DNA of 64,000 nucleotides, taken from the NCBI GenBank assembly GCA_002269645.1, contig NIVC01002907.1:60204-124203 (forward strand). Direction: 5' to 3'. This document shows positions 62,108 through 64,000 of this stretch, in pieces. The DNA comes from Macrostomum lignano (taxonomy: Eukaryota). How positions within the stretch are numbered: position 1 is the stretch's first letter; each line of letters opens with the position of its first letter. The position numbers and the translations under genes are program-made. A model generated the notes under the pieces. The model worked only from the letters and a program-made list of their open reading frames with translations, made no database searches and had not been told where the DNA came from.

Positions 62108-62827
62108 TCGCGTGGTCGTTCACAAAGCAGAAGCCCTTGGTCGCTGTGGGGAAGTTAAGAGAGAGAGGCGCCGTGCTGGGAGAGCTGCGCTGGTCGGTCG
62201 CAGCTTCATGTGCGGGCTGGCGGAATGAGGATGAGAACTCTCGTCCCCTCATCCCCGTACCCGTCTTGCGCACTCCCACTGGCCGGATTGGGATGCGGAA
62301 GAGGCTGGGAAATCGGGCGCCAGGGTGAGACAGAGGCTGAAGGTTGCTGCTGAAAGCCTCAAGCTCTCACTGGCCTGACTCTCTGAGCCTGAGCTTCTTC
62401 TCCCTTTGCTCTCTCCATCTCCATGCCTCTCCTTCCCGTCTCAGCCACTGCTTCGGCCTGCACCTCTCACCCCCATCTCCTCCTCCCGGCCAAGCCTCCA
62501 TAAACGGGAGGTATCGGCCTCCCTTCCCCACTCTTCATCATTCCCACGCATCCAGCCTCTTTGCTCACCGCATCCGTCTCTCCGTCTCGCTCCGTCCTGC
62601 GACCTCCCCTCCGGCCTGCTCTCTATCCTCTCGTCTCCGCTCGGTGCAGCCTTAGCAGTGCCTGCCCAGTTCTCTGCATCCCAAGTTAGCGAGCGGCTCC
62701 CCCAGCGCCTAGCATTAAGTTCGCCAGTGCACTAGCGGTGAAAGCGAGCACTGCGCTAGCAGGTAAATCAGACAGCGCCAACTACTCAGCTCTCAAAAGC
62801 CTTTTTCCATAGTTAAGCCAAGAAGAC

Positions 62828-62940
62828 ATGGCAACTCGATTGGACCCCGGAAGAAGTTGCCGAAGGAGGATATGCAGTTTCTGATGTCAAACACCAACTT
62901 TACTAAGAAGCAGATTAAGCAGTGGTATCGTGGTTTTATT
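62828..62940 (+). CDS. First coding exon of a neuronal calcium sensor (recoverin/frequenin/NCS-2-like EF-hand protein); apparent 1-bp deletion after the ATG; remaining exons lie beyond the window
   Basis: [30 protein letters not shown] matches the NCS N-terminus pattern L.KEDLEFL..NT.F...QI..WY.GF; TTTTCCATAG acceptor ending 62812; GTGAGT donor at 62941. Confidence 0.8.
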
Positions 62941-63109
62941 GTGAGTGGAATTTTTCTGCCTTTTTTCCGTAATTGTCAGCTGCATGATCGTTGTAGCATA
63001 AATCCATTGAGGGGTACCTTGCACAAGTTATGCAGCACTCATTATCGAATACATGCTCTGACTTACAGAGGCCAGCTCCCTCAGAGTGAGCTCTGATGCA
63101 CCCAAATTC

Positions 63110-64000
63110 TGCAGCTGGCACCCCACCGTACTCTCAGAATCCTTCAGCTGGCGCCCCATCCCACCGCAGATCCCAGATCCCTTCAGCTGGTGTCTCCGCC
63201 CACAACATCCCAGATCCCTTCACCCCATCACACTCCAATATCCCTTCAGCTGGCTCCCTCCACCACACTCCAGATCCCTTCACCCCATCACACTCCCAGA
63301 TCCCTTCAGCTGGTGCCCACCACACTCCAGATCCTTCAGCTGGCGCCTCGCCCCAAAACACTCCCAGATTCTTCAGCTGGCGCTCCGCGCTCCACCACAC
63401 TCCCAGATCCCTTCAGCTGGCGTTCCGCGCCCCACCACACTCCCAGATCCCTTCAGCTGGCGCTCCGCGCCCACCACACTCCCAGATCCTTCAGCTGGCG
63501 CTCCGCGCGCCCACCACACTCCCAGATTCCTTCAGCTGGGCGCCGCGCCCCACCACACTCCCAGATTCCTTCAGCTGGCGCTCCGCGCCCCACCACACTC
63601 CCAGATCCCTTCAGCTGGCGCTCGCGCCCCACCACACTCCCAGATCCCTTCAGCTGGCGCTCCGCGCCCACCACACTCCCAGATCCCTTCAGCTGGCGCT
63701 CCGCGCCCCACCACACTCCCAGATCCCTTCAGCTGGCGCTCCACGCCACCACACTCCCAGATCCCTTCAGCTGGCGCTCCACGCCCACCACACTCCCAGA
63801 TCCCTTCAGCTGGCGCTCCACGCCCACCACACTCCCAGATCCCTTCAGCTGGCGCTCCACGCCCACCACACTCCAGATCCCTTCAGCTGGCGCCCTAACA
63901 CACTCCCAGATACTTTCAAGCTTGGCGCCCGCGCCCCCACTTCCTGATCCTTCAGCGCGCGCCCGCCCCCACCAATTCCCAGATTCTTCATCAGGCGCCC
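63110..64000. repeat. ~39-bp GC-rich minisatellite (CACTCCCAGATCCCTTCAGCTGGCGCTCCGCGCCCACCA) in the NCS intron
   Basis: Imperfect tandem copies to the window end. Confidence 0.9.

Overview
Eukaryotic (animal) genomic DNA, very rich in tandem repeats; no prokaryotic features. The gene family, CORE-SINE and repeat density suggest a lophotrochozoan such as a flatworm (inference). Contents: (1) an ~11.9-kb 32/31-bp satellite (2511-14401). (2) A complete 7-exon nicotinic acetylcholine receptor alpha-type gene (+, 14782-28913, 642 aa, all junctions GT-AG and phase-consistent) with an anion-selective Pro-Ala M2 motif. (3) A young Ty3/Gypsy LTR retrotransposon (-, 33278-42983) inserted in a 34-bp satellite (32706-56633), with two further LTR copies. 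(4) Two CORE-type tRNA-derived SINEs and many intronic minisatellites. (5) The first coding exon of a neuronal calcium sensor gene (62828-62940). The most notable item is the retrotransposon. Its Pol frame, extended by hand upstream of the ORF-track start, encodes a cold-shock domain (RNP1 RGYGFL, RNP2 DIFFH) plus a long coiled coil ahead of the protease, reached via a U-UUA-AAC -1 frameshift. Its 3' UTR carries a six-copy repeat-spacer array whose hairpin shows compensatory base changes, next to a second exact polypurine tract.
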